Positions 1-10,300 of a stretch of 64,000 nt of DNA are shown here, in pieces (positions within the stretch are counted from its first letter, which is position 1; each line of letters begins with the position of its first letter). Under the pieces are notes generated by a model. That model was not told the origin of the DNA and made no database searches. It saw only the letters and a program-made list of their open reading frames with translations. A program made the position numbers and the translations under genes. Origin of the DNA: Candidatus Latescibacterota bacterium (GTDB lineage: Bacteria; Latescibacterota; UBA2968; UBA8231); the NCBI GenBank assembly GCA_963422735.1, contig OY730476.1:1248001-1312000 (forward strand), read 5' to 3'.

Positions 1-421
1 TGAGCGAGCGCAGAGCCTTGTTTTCAAATATCAACAGCCCTTCCACTACGTGAGCAGCTTTGCCGGCCACGGGCGTAGGTAAGAGCGGTGGTGCGGTCGC
101 CGGACCTAGCCCCGCTCCGACGCTTGCAAGCCCTTCCAGCCCGGCTAGGCTTTCCAAGCGGTCGTTAAACCAAATCTCGACGCTGCCCTCGACGCGCCTC
201 AGCCCTTCCAAACCCGTCAGTGCAACTAAGCTGCTCCCGACGATCTGCAAGTCGCCGTCGATGATGTAAGCAGCGCCCCCTCTTTCTCCAAGAGCAGCGA
301 TATCGGCCAGCGACGCAATGACAATGCCCTCTTCCAAGACGACCGGTGCTACCAGCCCTTTGCCACAGCCCGCCAGCGCGACGAGCAACGGCGCGATCGC
401 CCGTTCAAAAATCCCGCGCAC
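1..421 (-). CDS. Receptor L-domain/leucine-rich repeat lipoprotein (partial, runs off window start)
   Basis: Not in the ORF track. Manual translation from GTG at 421 gives MRGIFERAIAPLLVALAGC (lipobox) ...IIDGDLQIVGSSLVALTGLEGLRRVEGSVEIWFNDRLESLAGLEGLASVG..., i.e. L-domain-type repeats. It overlaps the stop of the upstream gene. Confidence 0.75.
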   Translation of the reverse strand, partial: MRGIFERAIAPLLVALAGCGKGLVAPVVLEEGIVIASLADIAALGERGGAAYIIDGDLQIVGSSLVALTGLEGLRRVEGSVEIWFNDRLESLAGLEGLASVGAGLGPATAPPLLPTPVAGKAAHVVEGLLIFENKALRSL

Positions 422-1232
422 ACCGAAACCCAATATCTATATCGGTCAACAGAGGATGATAGGCTTCCCGATTCGCCGCGGGCAGGGACTCCTTCTCAAA
501 CCACCACGACCCACCCCGCAACACCCCGAATTTGCCGCGCAGCGGACCCGGCGGATTGTCCCGTGGACTCTCTGCATAGTAGGTGTCCCCGTACCAATCG
601 GATACCCACTCCCACACGTTCCCCGCCAAGTCGCGTGCCCCGTACGGCGACGCGCCGGCAGGACGGCTACCCACCGGCTCGGTCGCTCCGGCGATAAAGC
701 GAAAGTTGGCCTCGTCGCCTACCAGCACGTATCCCCAGGGATACGTGCGCCCATCGGTGCCGCGCGCGGCCTTCTCCCACTCGGCCTCGGTCGGCAGCCG
801 CAGGCCAGCCCACGCGCAATAGTCGAGTGCGTTTTGGCGGTTCGCGCAATTGATGGGATGGGTGTCGTCTATGGCTTTGTCCCAGTTGCAGTTAGGAGCG
901 TAGGCCGGCTCTTTGCAGGCATCGTCCTCCACGCAGCGCCGGTACCGTCCTACGGTGACTTCAAACTGGTCGATGTAGTAAGCGGAAAGAAAAACTTGGT
1001 GCGGCGGCTGCTCGTCCGGGTCGCCTGCGTCCCAACCCATCACAAAGAGACCTTCGGGCACGAGGACCATGGCGTGATTGGCTTTGTTGACCTCGGTGAC
1101 CTCGGTGACCTCAGTGGCCGGAGCCTCGCCGGGCGGAGCGGGCGCAACTGCGCGATTTTCGCTTACTTGCCCCGGGTCCTTTTGGCCGCAACCAAGTGCC
1201 CACAGGGCCATGCACACCAGTGCGCGGCTCAC
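405..1232 (-). CDS. FGE-sulfatase (SUMF1-fold) domain lipoprotein
   Basis: Lipobox ALGC; motifs F.MG, P.H.V, EVT, RLPTEAEWEKAARG, YPWG, GNVWEW, RGGSW, GFRC. It lacks the catalytic Cys pair of true FGE after RGGS. Confidence 0.9.
   Translation of the reverse strand: MSRALVCMALWALGCGQKDPGQVSENRAVAPAPPGEAPATEVTEVTEVNKANHAMVLVPEGLFVMGWDAGDPDEQPPHQVFLSAYYIDQFEVTVGRYRRCVEDDACKEPAYAPNCNWDKAIDDTHPINCANRQNALDYCAWAGLRLPTEAEWEKAARGTDGRTYPWGYVLVGDEANFRFIAGATEPVGSRPAGASPYGARDLAGNVWEWVSDWYGDTYYAESPRDNPPGPLRGKFGVLRGGSWWFEKESLPAANREAYHPLLTDIDIGFRCARDF
1088..1114. repeat. 9-bp tandem repeat x3 (tgacctcgg) encoding TEV repeats in a linker
   Basis: tgacctcgg tgacctcgg tgacctcag. Confidence 0.8.
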
Positions 1233-1244
1233 CGTGTGGCCCCC

Positions 1245-3236
1245 TCAGAACACGACCTGCGACACGGCCTTGGAAATCAGCGCAATGGCAATGGACGTCA
1301 TGCCGATCAGACCCACGCCACATGAGTACCCAGCCAGCACGATGGGCGCGTACGCGTACCAGCGCTCGGGGCCAAAACGCTTTTGCAAATAGAAGCGGCC
1401 CAGCAAGGCACCGACGAAGTTGAGGATGGCAAAGTGCGGCCAGCCGCCGAGACCGGCGACAAAACCATAGAAGATTCCCAGCGGTGCGCTGAGTGCGCTC
1501 AACAGCGCGTACAATGCGCCGCTAAAGGCTAGCCCAACCCCGATGTAATCCCAGCGAATGATTTGGGTCACCAAGCTCTGACCCGCTCCCGGTAGAGTTG
1601 ACTTGGCCCAGAACGCCTGCATGGTGGCGTGGAAGGGCCACATCTTTTGCACAAATGGGTACGCCGAGGAGGGAATTGGTCCGAGCTTCCATATCAGAGA
1701 CCAGAACAGGAAGCTGCACGCGAACATGACGGCCAAGGTCAGGGCCGTCATCTTGACGATGCTGCCAAATCGGGTGCGCGTCAGATCTAGCTGCTTGAAC
1801 ACTTGCGCCTCGTAGCCCCACTGGAAGATCGGCACGGGCGCGAACCAGATCCCGGCCCCTTGGTAGCCGGACAAATAGAAGCTGGCCTCGCGCAGATAGG
1901 GGAAGGTCACTCCCTGCGGCGATCCGGTCAGGCCGATCATCCGCGTACCGATGTACGAGTAGATCGGCGTCCACACAAAGCCGAAGAGCGCGGTGATCCA
2001 CCAAGGAAAATCGGGCACCAAATAGTACACCATCAGCACGAAGCCCAACGTACTCACCGCCCAGATCCCCAAGGCCATGACAATGCGGATATCGCCGCGC
2101 TCGGGGCTAGGTCCCCGGTCAGCTTCCCGAGTCGGGGCGCGCCCCTTGCCGACGGCGAGCAAGACCTTGCCCGCCGTATAGAAACCCATGGCCGCAACCA
2201 CGATGGCCCCCCCCAGCGAAAAGCTCAGCCAGAAGTCAAAGGTATTGGCGATCTGGGTAGGGATCGACGACATACCCGGCTCCCAAGTGTGCAGGATGCC
2301 GTAGGCATAGAGGATCGGGTTGGCGACCAAGTTGACCAATATCGACGAGGAAAACACCCCTACTACGACCCAAAACGGCAGCACCAGGCCGAATAGCACG
2401 TGGATCAAATCCGTGGCCAAGCCGATGACTGCGGCGGGCAAAACCGCCTTTAACGGCACGGTGAAGTCGATGAAGGGAATCGGCAAAATCGACACGGTTT
2501 CGGTCAAAAAGACCGACGACAGCGTGGGCACCACCACGTAGAATATGCCCCACACCGCCCCGATAAAGGCCCCGGTGCTGAACACGTGCCAGCGCCAGCC
2601 CTCCTGCTTGGCCGAGGTCTCGGCGAGGGCGGTGGCGCCGCCGGCCTGCACATAGGCCATGGGAAAGGGCAAGCGCTCGATGTCGTGAGTGATGCGGAAG
2701 AGCACGTAGCCCAACGACAGGGCGTTGACCCTCTGTAGTGCAACGGCGCAGAGGAGGATGGCGATGGGCTTAAGCCACGCGCTGTCGAGGAAGCTGCGCT
2801 CTAAGAGTGCCTCCGAGCCACGCGGGGGCACGACCCAAGTTGGAATGTGTTCGGCCAGTCCGTCAGCCTGGGGCGATTGGATCAGATATTGATCCCAGAT
2901 CAACACACCGAATGGGCCGCCGAAGAGGTCGGCCCCCGTGCCCAGCTTGCCGCCCATCATCACCAAGCCGCCGGCCACCCAGTAGAGGATGATGATCTCC
3001 TGAGTCCGCAGGGATACGAAGGTGCGCTTGGCCATTTCGATAAAGAGGATCAGGGTCACCCATTCGGCCCCCCCGGCCATGCTCATCCCGGTCACCAGCC
3101 CGAGGTAAATCGCGCCCGGCAGCATCACGAAGCCGACGAAGAGCGCCGCCCACAGGGTCTTTGCATTGAAGCCCGGTTCGAACGGGGCGTTGGCGGGCAT
3201 AACCGCGAAGCGCTCTTGGGCGTTGGCCTGTGCCAA
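1245..3236 (-). CDS. OPT (oligopeptide transporter)-like polytopic inner-membrane protein
   Basis: 663 aa, strongly hydrophobic with many TM segments; ERLPFPMA and IPSSAYP motifs resemble OPT-like 'peptide transporter' proteins. Confidence 0.7.
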   Translation of the reverse strand: MAQANAQERFAVMPANAPFEPGFNAKTLWAALFVGFVMLPGAIYLGLVTGMSMAGGAEWVTLILFIEMAKRTFVSLRTQEIIILYWVAGGLVMMGGKLGTGADLFGGPFGVLIWDQYLIQSPQADGLAEHIPTWVVPPRGSEALLERSFLDSAWLKPIAILLCAVALQRVNALSLGYVLFRITHDIERLPFPMAYVQAGGATALAETSAKQEGWRWHVFSTGAFIGAVWGIFYVVVPTLSSVFLTETVSILPIPFIDFTVPLKAVLPAAVIGLATDLIHVLFGLVLPFWVVVGVFSSSILVNLVANPILYAYGILHTWEPGMSSIPTQIANTFDFWLSFSLGGAIVVAAMGFYTAGKVLLAVGKGRAPTREADRGPSPERGDIRIVMALGIWAVSTLGFVLMVYYLVPDFPWWITALFGFVWTPIYSYIGTRMIGLTGSPQGVTFPYLREASFYLSGYQGAGIWFAPVPIFQWGYEAQVFKQLDLTRTRFGSIVKMTALTLAVMFACSFLFWSLIWKLGPIPSSAYPFVQKMWPFHATMQAFWAKSTLPGAGQSLVTQIIRWDYIGVGLAFSGALYALLSALSAPLGIFYGFVAGLGGWPHFAILNFVGALLGRFYLQKRFGPERWYAYAPIVLAGYSCGVGLIGMTSIAIALISKAVSQVVF

Positions 3237-3239
3237 AAA

Positions 3240-4946
3240 TCACTCCCCTCGTTTGCGCTCGTCGTCCAAATACCGCAGGTGCTCTTCGTACACGTCTATC
3301 TGCTCGGCGTATTTTTCGTGTAACTCCCGCAGATAGCCATTGAAGTACTCCCGCTCGATGCGCTCCCGCACGTCCCGCACCACCGCATTCCGCACCTGCT
3401 TTAGCTCTAGGCCTTGATAAATCTCTGGATATCGTTCGATAACCCGGAAGATAGAATAGCCTCCCCTCGTTTGGATCGGCCCTTGGAACTGGTGCAACTC
3501 GGCGTTCATCACCGCGTTCATCCAAGCCTCCCCCAAAAAAGGGGCCTGTGACTGGGAGACGTACAGGAGGCCATCTTCGGCGTCGCGGCGCAGGCTGTGG
3601 GCGCGGGCCATCTCCGACCACTCGGCACCCGCCTCAATCCGGGCCGCGATTTGGCGTGCCTCGCTTGGGGTCTCGAGCAAAATTTCCTCTAATTGCGCGT
3701 GGGGAGGGCTGCGGAAGCGTTGCTTGTGCTCCTCGTAGAAGGCTCGTAGATCGTCCTCGGTCGGCGCGGGAGCCTCTGCCAAAATTTGCTCGCGCAGTTT
3801 TATCAGCGTCAGGTTGCCCAGCGCCAAGACATGAGACCGCGCGAAAGCCTCGGTTTTATCGAGGCCCTTGCGCCGGGCATCGTGGGCCATGATGCGGGTG
3901 GGGAAATGGCTCTCAGATAGTTTTTCGTTGACCGCGTCGGCTGTGGCTTCCGGCCACAATCGGCCCGATGGCTGCACGGCCTCTAAGACCTCTGCTGCAT
4001 CCATCTGCAAGCCCTCGAAAGCATAGACTGGATGCTGGCGCTGGGCCTGGTCCAAATCTGCATAACGGACCGCCCCCTGTAAGACGCCTACTACTATATC
4101 CATGCCCTCGGCGTCAAAAACCGTGTCCAGATCCCATTTGAGGTGCCGCAGGTACGATTCGCGCAGTTGCTTTTGCTGCTCGTCGCCGAGTGCCTCGCGG
4201 ATCCCGTCTTCAACCTCGACCAATGCAGCGCGGCGACGCTGTGCCACTTTGGCAATGACGAATCCTCCGTGCAAGGGGAGTGGCTCAGTAACGCCGCCCA
4301 CGGGCAGGGCGAAGACCGCTTGCACTAGGTCGCGGGGGCTGTCAAAGGGCGAATAGGCCAGCCGCCGGATTTCGCCGGTGTGTATGCCGTAATAGGGGTC
4401 GGCGGCGAATTGACGACCTGCTTCTGCAAAGTCCTTGCCTTGTGCCAAAAGCGCTTGTACCTGACGCGCCTGTTCCCGATTGGGCACAAAAATCTCCATA
4501 GTAACGACTTTTTCTCCCCACCCCGGCCGCGCGTAGGCTTTTTCGATGTCGTCCTCGGTCACCACGACCTTGGCCGCGACGTTGCGCCGCAACATTGCGT
4601 CAGCGAGGGCCTTGGTTTCGCGCTTGGCGAGTTCGGCTAAAACCTCTTCGTCGCGCTGCAAACCCCGCTCGTTGGCCTCCAAAAGCAACACCTCGCGGTC
4701 AATCAGCGTCTGCAAGTTGTCCCGGTGCTGCAAGCGCATGGCGGCCGTTTTGAGATTGGCCTCAAAAGTGTGCAGATCGGCCGCGGTAATCTCGACCGCG
4801 CCGACCTTGGCCAGCAAGGCGTCGGCCGGCCGATCATCGCCACAGCTAATGCAGGCCCCGACTAGCAGCCCGGCCAACAGCGATTTGTGTATAAAAAGAG
4901 GAGCTAGACGGAAGGTCCAGCTCCTCGCAATGAGATATCCTGCCAT
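3240..4946 (-). CDS. SurA/PrsA-like parvulin peptidyl-prolyl isomerase lipoprotein with two rotamase domains
   Basis: Lipobox CISC; LAKVGAVEIT and LIDREVLLLEA SurA-N motifs; two parvulin-like domains (GKDFAEAGRQF..., GAEWSEMARAHS...GPIQTRGGYSIFRV). Start uncertain (4946 or 4985). Confidence 0.85.
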   Translation of the reverse strand: MAGYLIARSWTFRLAPLFIHKSLLAGLLVGACISCGDDRPADALLAKVGAVEITAADLHTFEANLKTAAMRLQHRDNLQTLIDREVLLLEANERGLQRDEEVLAELAKRETKALADAMLRRNVAAKVVVTEDDIEKAYARPGWGEKVVTMEIFVPNREQARQVQALLAQGKDFAEAGRQFAADPYYGIHTGEIRRLAYSPFDSPRDLVQAVFALPVGGVTEPLPLHGGFVIAKVAQRRRAALVEVEDGIREALGDEQQKQLRESYLRHLKWDLDTVFDAEGMDIVVGVLQGAVRYADLDQAQRQHPVYAFEGLQMDAAEVLEAVQPSGRLWPEATADAVNEKLSESHFPTRIMAHDARRKGLDKTEAFARSHVLALGNLTLIKLREQILAEAPAPTEDDLRAFYEEHKQRFRSPPHAQLEEILLETPSEARQIAARIEAGAEWSEMARAHSLRRDAEDGLLYVSQSQAPFLGEAWMNAVMNAELHQFQGPIQTRGGYSIFRVIERYPEIYQGLELKQVRNAVVRDVRERIEREYFNGYLRELHEKYAEQIDVYEEHLRYLDDERKRGE

Positions 4947-4981
4947 ACGTATTATCCAGATGCAGAAGCAGCGCCGGGAAC

Positions 4982-5734
4982 TCAACCCGCTCCGTCCGCT
5001 CTGGCCCTTTCCCTCGTTCCTTGGTCCACCGCAAAGCGGAACTCAATGTCAATGGTCTCTTCCGGATTGCCGCTGGCGTCAAACGAAAGCACAAATTCGC
5101 GGAATGTGAGCAGCAACTCGTCGTTTTCCGGTAGCAACGGGTCGAAGACCAACATGCCTTTTTGGCTGCTATCGCGGAAGATGGGGCGATGGCGGTGAAA
5201 GACCGTCTTGTAGATAATGCCCATGCGCTCCAAGTTGATTTCGCGCTCGTTGCCCGAAGTGCCCAGCTCCATTTTGTAGTACTTGGTGAAGCTGTTGCCC
5301 CCCAACACGACGGCCCCCTCGCGCCCGGGATCGTAGTAGCGATAGGTCTCGCCGCCCGATTCCATGGTCGCCTTGGCCGGATCGAATTCGATCTTAGCAT
5401 AGGTCTTGTTTATGACCTCGACTTCAAAAACGGTAAACTGCGGAGGGCTGTAGCCCCTTTCGGGATCGATGTCGCCCCGGGTGTAGGGGTTGACGTGGCG
5501 ACCGTCGTACAAGGGCGGGAAGCGCTTGTTGAGCTCGGGATCGCTCAGGTGCCGCACCTTGATCAAAAGCCCCTCTTTGCTAAAGACCATCGAGTTGTCG
5601 TCTGGGTCAATAGTGTAATCGCCGCGGCCCTCTGGCAAAACGGGCATCACGTGCAGGTCGTACACGAGTTGGGGCGGCACCAGCCCCCCGCAGCTCCAGA
5701 CCAGCCCAAGCAGCGCCATGTACCTTGCTGTCAT
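4982..5734 (-). CDS. Hypothetical lipoprotein, paralog of 16771..17538
   Basis: Lipobox VWSC; shares Y.IDP.D.S.V, TVFEV.VIN.T, E.DP and GNP.E motifs with the paralog. Confidence 0.8.
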   Translation of the reverse strand: MTARYMALLGLVWSCGGLVPPQLVYDLHVMPVLPEGRGDYTIDPDDNSMVFSKEGLLIKVRHLSDPELNKRFPPLYDGRHVNPYTRGDIDPERGYSPPQFTVFEVEVINKTYAKIEFDPAKATMESGGETYRYYDPGREGAVVLGGNSFTKYYKMELGTSGNEREINLERMGIIYKTVFHRHRPIFRDSSQKGMLVFDPLLPENDELLLTFREFVLSFDASGNPEETIDIEFRFAVDQGTRERARADGAG

Positions 5735-5765
5735 AAAATTGCCACTCCCTTTTTGCTAGCTGTCG

Positions 5766-6185
5766 TCAATTGGTTGGTTCCTCGGTTTCAATGTCGATCT
5801 GTTCTACGCCCGCCATGGTGGCCGCTTCCATCGCGTCGATGATGTGGCCGTGCGCAGCATCGGCGTCTGCGGTGATAATCAGCGTCGATGAGCCGCTGCG
5901 GACCTTCTCGCGCTCTAGCCAGCTCGCTAGCTGCCCCATGGCTACTAGCTGCCCATTGATCTCGATCTGGCCCTCGCTCGAGATGCGCAGATTCAGCTTC
6001 TTCTCTGCCTTGAGCTGGTCGTAGTGGACCGAATCGGGCAGCTCGATCTTGAGCTGAGTAGCCTTGACGAAGACCGTGGTGGTCATAAAGAAAATCAGTA
6101 GCAGGAACACCGCGTCTATCATCGGCGTCAGGTTCAGTTCAAATTCGCCGGCTTTTTCGGCCAGCGACTGTCTCCGTTTAGCCAT
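5766..6185 (-). CDS. exbD: Biopolymer transport protein ExbD/TolR (copy 2)
   Basis: LNLTPMIDAVFLLLIFFM TM motif with the conserved Asp; C-terminal ADADA.HG.IIDAM. Confidence 0.93.
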   Translation of the reverse strand: MAKRRQSLAEKAGEFELNLTPMIDAVFLLLIFFMTTTVFVKATQLKIELPDSVHYDQLKAEKKLNLRISSEGQIEINGQLVAMGQLASWLEREKVRSGSSTLIITADADAAHGHIIDAMEAATMAGVEQIDIETEEPTN

Positions 6186-6190
6186 GCCGC

Positions 6191-6610
6191 TTATCCTTCT
6201 CCGCTCTTGGCGAAAGCGATGGCCTCAATGCCCTCGCCGCGGGCGATGTCCATCACCTGCACCACATAGAAGTGAGGCACGGAACGCGCGGACTCCAAGA
6301 TCACGTTCTTGGTGTTATCGGCTGCTATGACTTGGCGAATTTTTTCCGCCAATCTCGCCTTATCCGTGACCTCGCCGTTGACTTGGATCGTCTGATCTGG
6401 GTCAATCACGATGTTCATGTCCTTGGTCGCTCTCGACTCGCCTTCGCCGCCCGGCAGATCTACGCTCAGACCCTTGGGGTTGACGAAAGTGGTCGCCACC
6501 ATAAAGAAAACCAACAGCAGGAACATGCAGTTGATAAGCGGGGTCAGATCTGGATTCTCTGTGGTCTTGAAGGCACTTTTGCCGAATCCGCTCTTTCGTC
6601 TCTGCTGCAT
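6191..6610 (-). CDS. exbD: Biopolymer transport protein ExbD/TolR (copy 1; TM Asp replaced by Asn)
   Basis: DLTPLINCMFLLLVFFMVATTF, VDLP, VVQVMDIAR. Confidence 0.9.
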   Translation of the reverse strand: MQQRRKSGFGKSAFKTTENPDLTPLINCMFLLLVFFMVATTFVNPKGLSVDLPGGEGESRATKDMNIVIDPDQTIQVNGEVTDKARLAEKIRQVIAADNTKNVILESARSVPHFYVVQVMDIARGEGIEAIAFAKSGEG

Positions 6611-6628
6611 AGCAGCGTCTCTTTCTGC

Positions 6629-7303
6629 CTAGCGGCCCTCCTGCTGGCCAGCTTGAAAGCGCACCAGCAGGGTATTGGCGAAGGCGTGGCAATACAGTTC
6701 CACGCTCTTGAAGACCTTTTCCGCACGACCGGAGAGATAGCGATGGAAGACGATGGTCGGAATAGCGACGATGAGACCACTGGCCGTAGTAATCAGGGCC
6801 TCGGAGATGCCGCTGGCCACGGCCGCCGGATCGCCGGCCCCGGCGCGGGCAATAGCGTCAAAGGCGTTGATCATACCCATGATCGTGCCCAACAGCCCCA
6901 TCAGCGGGGAAAGGACGCCAATGGTTCCGAGCGCGTTGAGCAGACGGCCCAGATACATCTCGCCGGCCTCCTCAGTGACCAAGATCAACTCCTGGCGCAT
7001 GTCCTCTAGGTCCGTGCGATTTTCCAGCACTAAGGTGTCGTAGCGCTTCACCAAGGCGGCGAAGATGAAGTTGAGCACACCGCTGCCCTGCCGGAATAGC
7101 TCGATGGCCCCACCTTCGCCTTCGCTTTTGAGCATGTCTTCTGCCTCGTTGAGCTGCTGTTCGGCCTCCTGTTCGCCCGGGACCATCAGCAGGCGCCACA
7201 GCCGTTCTATGATGATGGCTAGGGCGATCAACAAGCAAAGCAACATGGGCCACATCATCGGCCCGCCTTTGAAAAACTGGTCAACTAAAAAATTCTGCTC
7301 CAT
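6629..7303 (-). CDS. exbB: MotA/TolQ/ExbB proton channel family protein
   Basis: GGPMMWP; LGTIGVLSPLMGLLGTIMGMINAF; GISEALITTASGLIVAIP. Start placed at ATG 7303 after a GGGAGG RBS. Confidence 0.93.
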   Translation of the reverse strand: MEQNFLVDQFFKGGPMMWPMLLCLLIALAIIIERLWRLLMVPGEQEAEQQLNEAEDMLKSEGEGGAIELFRQGSGVLNFIFAALVKRYDTLVLENRTDLEDMRQELILVTEEAGEMYLGRLLNALGTIGVLSPLMGLLGTIMGMINAFDAIARAGAGDPAAVASGISEALITTASGLIVAIPTIVFHRYLSGRAEKVFKSVELYCHAFANTLLVRFQAGQQEGR

Positions 7304-7350
7304 TACAACCTCCCATATTGTGTCCTGCTTTGCGTTGCGTTGAAAGCTCG

Positions 7351-10300
7351 CTAGAGCCGGTTTTCCACAATCCACGCCCGGTGCAGCTTGGCAAAACTGA
7401 CCACGTCCGCGTTTTCCGCCTTGTCCCCGCCCTTTTCTTCCACTACCTGATAGTTTTCCACGGCTTGCGACCACTGGCGCATGATTTCATAGACCAGCCC
7501 CAAGTTGCAGTACGCGGCCAATTCGGTATAAGTACCGGGGTACTCGCGGATAATCTCCTGTAAGGCTGGCACGGCCTGGTCGTAGTCTTTGGCCTCAAAC
7601 AGCTTCATGGCCTCGTTATAGCTAAAGCTGGCCTGGATCTCGCTTAGCTCTTCCACTAGGGCTGTGGCCCTCGACGCCTCCTCGGAGTCGGGATATAGCT
7701 TGAGTACTCGCTTGTAGGCCGCCATGGCCTCGTCATAAAACTGGATATTGTAGTAGTAGTCGCCGATGGTAAACTGCGCTTTGGGGGCGAATTCGCTTTG
7801 GGGGTAGTTGGCAACTAGGTTTTGCATCGCGCCTACTGCTTGCTCCATCTCCTCTTGTTCGACAAAGGACCAAGCCAACGCGTATTGCGCCGATCCGCCG
7901 TATCGGCCTTGGGGATATTTGGCTAAGAGCGCTTGATATGCAGTCGCGGCCTCGGCAAAGGCCTGCTCGTTGTAGTAGTTTTCGCCAATGAGGAAAAGCG
8001 CCTCTTCCTCGTATTGGGACTGGAGATAGCGCTCGACGAGCACAGCAAAAGCGGCCGCAGCCTCCTTGAACTGGGTCAGGGCCTGGAGACTGTGAGCCAG
8101 ATAGTACTGGCCGTGAATGCGGTTGGCATTGCGCGGATATTTTTTGACAAAAGCCCTGAAGCTCTCAGCGGCTGTGGCGTAGTCGCCGTAGCTGATTTCG
8201 GCAAAGCCCTTGGAGAAGGCCAAGTTGCCACTCTCGCCCGAATTCGGATAGCGTTTGAGACCTTGGGCAAAGATGCGGGCGGCTTCCTCGTATTTCTTCT
8301 GCTGTAGCAGCGCGTTGCCAATGATGGAATAGGCGCGTTCTTTGCGGTAGTACCCAGCTTGAGCGTCGTCTGCAAACTGCATGTCGAGGAGCCGGCGAGC
8401 GAATTTCTCGGCTTGAACGAAGTCCTGCTGATCGTAGTACAGCTCAGTCAGCAGCATGCTAAAGGTGGCCTGTTCTTGGGGGTCAGCCGACGCGGCAATG
8501 AGCTCTTGGTAGTATCTGGCCGCCTCTTCTTGCCGCCCCAAGCGGATCATGCCAGCCCCCAGCGTGCGGAAGGCACTGTCCTTTATCTGAGGCGCAGGAT
8601 CGCTTTCGAGCAGGGCCTTCATATCCTCCAGCGATGCCTCATAGCTTATGCGGGCCTGGGCCGTGTCGCCGACGGCGTCTTGCTGTTTGGCGACCTCGTA
8701 GTAAGCACCGCCGCGGGCCAGCAGCGAATTTTGCAGGATGTGCGTGGGCGGACTCAGCGCAATGGCCTGACCCCAAGAGTCGATCGCATCCGCGAAATTG
8801 TCCTCGGCAAAATGCACCCGAGCCATGGTGTAGTGCATCTGGCCTCTTAGAGTGTCGTCGTCGGCTCGATCCAAGGCGCGAGATAGGGCCTTGTGCGCCT
8901 TTTTGTACTCTTGTTTGCCCATGTACAGCTCGGCCAACTCGACCTGCATGGTCGGCCACTTGTCCCAACCCTCTTCTACCGTCTCATAGGCGGCGATGGC
9001 GCTCTCTGGATCCTGTAGGTGCTTGTAGGTGAGCCCCAACTCCATCCGCGTCGTATTGCGCAGTTCCGAATCCGAGAAGCGGTCGAGGAAGGACGTATAG
9101 ATAGCTTCGGCCCGTTTGAGATCGGATGCGGCATAGGCTATGCGGGCCAACTGCAAAAGGCCGTTAGGGGCCGCCGGATGGGCCGGATACTCATCGACTA
9201 ACCGCTGGTACAGCGGCTGCGCCGCTTCGTTTTTCTCGAGGAGTTGGTTGGCAAAACCGGCGTTAAAAAGCACATCCGCTATCAGGGAATTATCCTCGTG
9301 CTGGCTCAAGAGCTGATCGTAGCCCTTGAGCGCCTCGGCGATTTCCGCGTCCGCTCTAGCCGGATCCTCGCTGCGGATCTGCCGCCCGTATTCTTGGTGG
9401 CACTGGGCGATGCGAAAAAGAACCTTGTAGCGGTTAAAGCCGATGCGCTGGGCCACATCGCCGTAGGCATTGATATATATCTCGTATTCTTGTGCCGACT
9501 TAAGGTATTCGTCTTGGTCGAAAAGCATCAGGGCGACCGTTAGCTGCGTGCGGGCTTGAAAGAGCTTGTCCTCGACCTTTTCGATGGCATCCTTGTACGC
9601 GGCGATGGCCGCGGTCGTGCCCTGCTCCTTCTGCACCAACTCGGCGGTGCGGATATAGCTGTTTTGCACCAAGACCGGCTCAGCCGCGTATTCAGCCGGG
9701 AGTACGGCATAGGCGGCGAGGGCCTTTTCGACCTTGCCGTTGCGTGCGTAAATATCGCCCTTTTTCAGGTGGGCCTTGGCGACTAGTTCGCGCGCTGTCT
9801 CCTTGACCAAGCCTTTGAGCTTGAGGGTGGTCATCTCGATGATTTCTTCCTCGGTCATCTGCGCGAAGTCGTAGCGGGCGATGAGGCGGTCGAGAAAATT
9901 CAGCGCATCTTCGTACTGCCCGAGCTTGTCGTAGCTCTCGGCGATCTGGAAGAGCGAGCGGTCGGCATTAGAGCCTCTGGGGGCCAAGATCAACACCTGC
10001 TTGAAGCCGGCGATGGCCTCCTCGTAGCGTTCCAATTCAAAATAGGACCACGCCCGGTCGTAGTGAACGGACGCCTCGTAGAGGCTGTGGGGGAAGCTGT
10101 GTAGCAGCGCGTCCCCCTCCTCAATGACCTGATCGTAATCCTTGAGCTGGTAACTCGTCTGGATCATCTGGTACTGGGCCATCACTCGGGTGCGGTCATC
10201 AACGTGCTCGTCCACGGCTAGGCTGCGGAAGTGGTCGCGGCTCTTATTGAGGTCTTGCAGTGCCTCCTCGTAGCGAGCGTCGGCCTCGGCCTCCTTTTTC

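Noticed and set aside
405-1232. FGE-fold gene as a diversity-generating retroelement target
   Set aside because: No reverse transcriptase and no template-repeat copy of its 3' end seen in the window.
318-1325. 335-aa plus-strand ORF
   Set aside because: Antisense shadow of the FGE-fold gene; no recognisable motifs.
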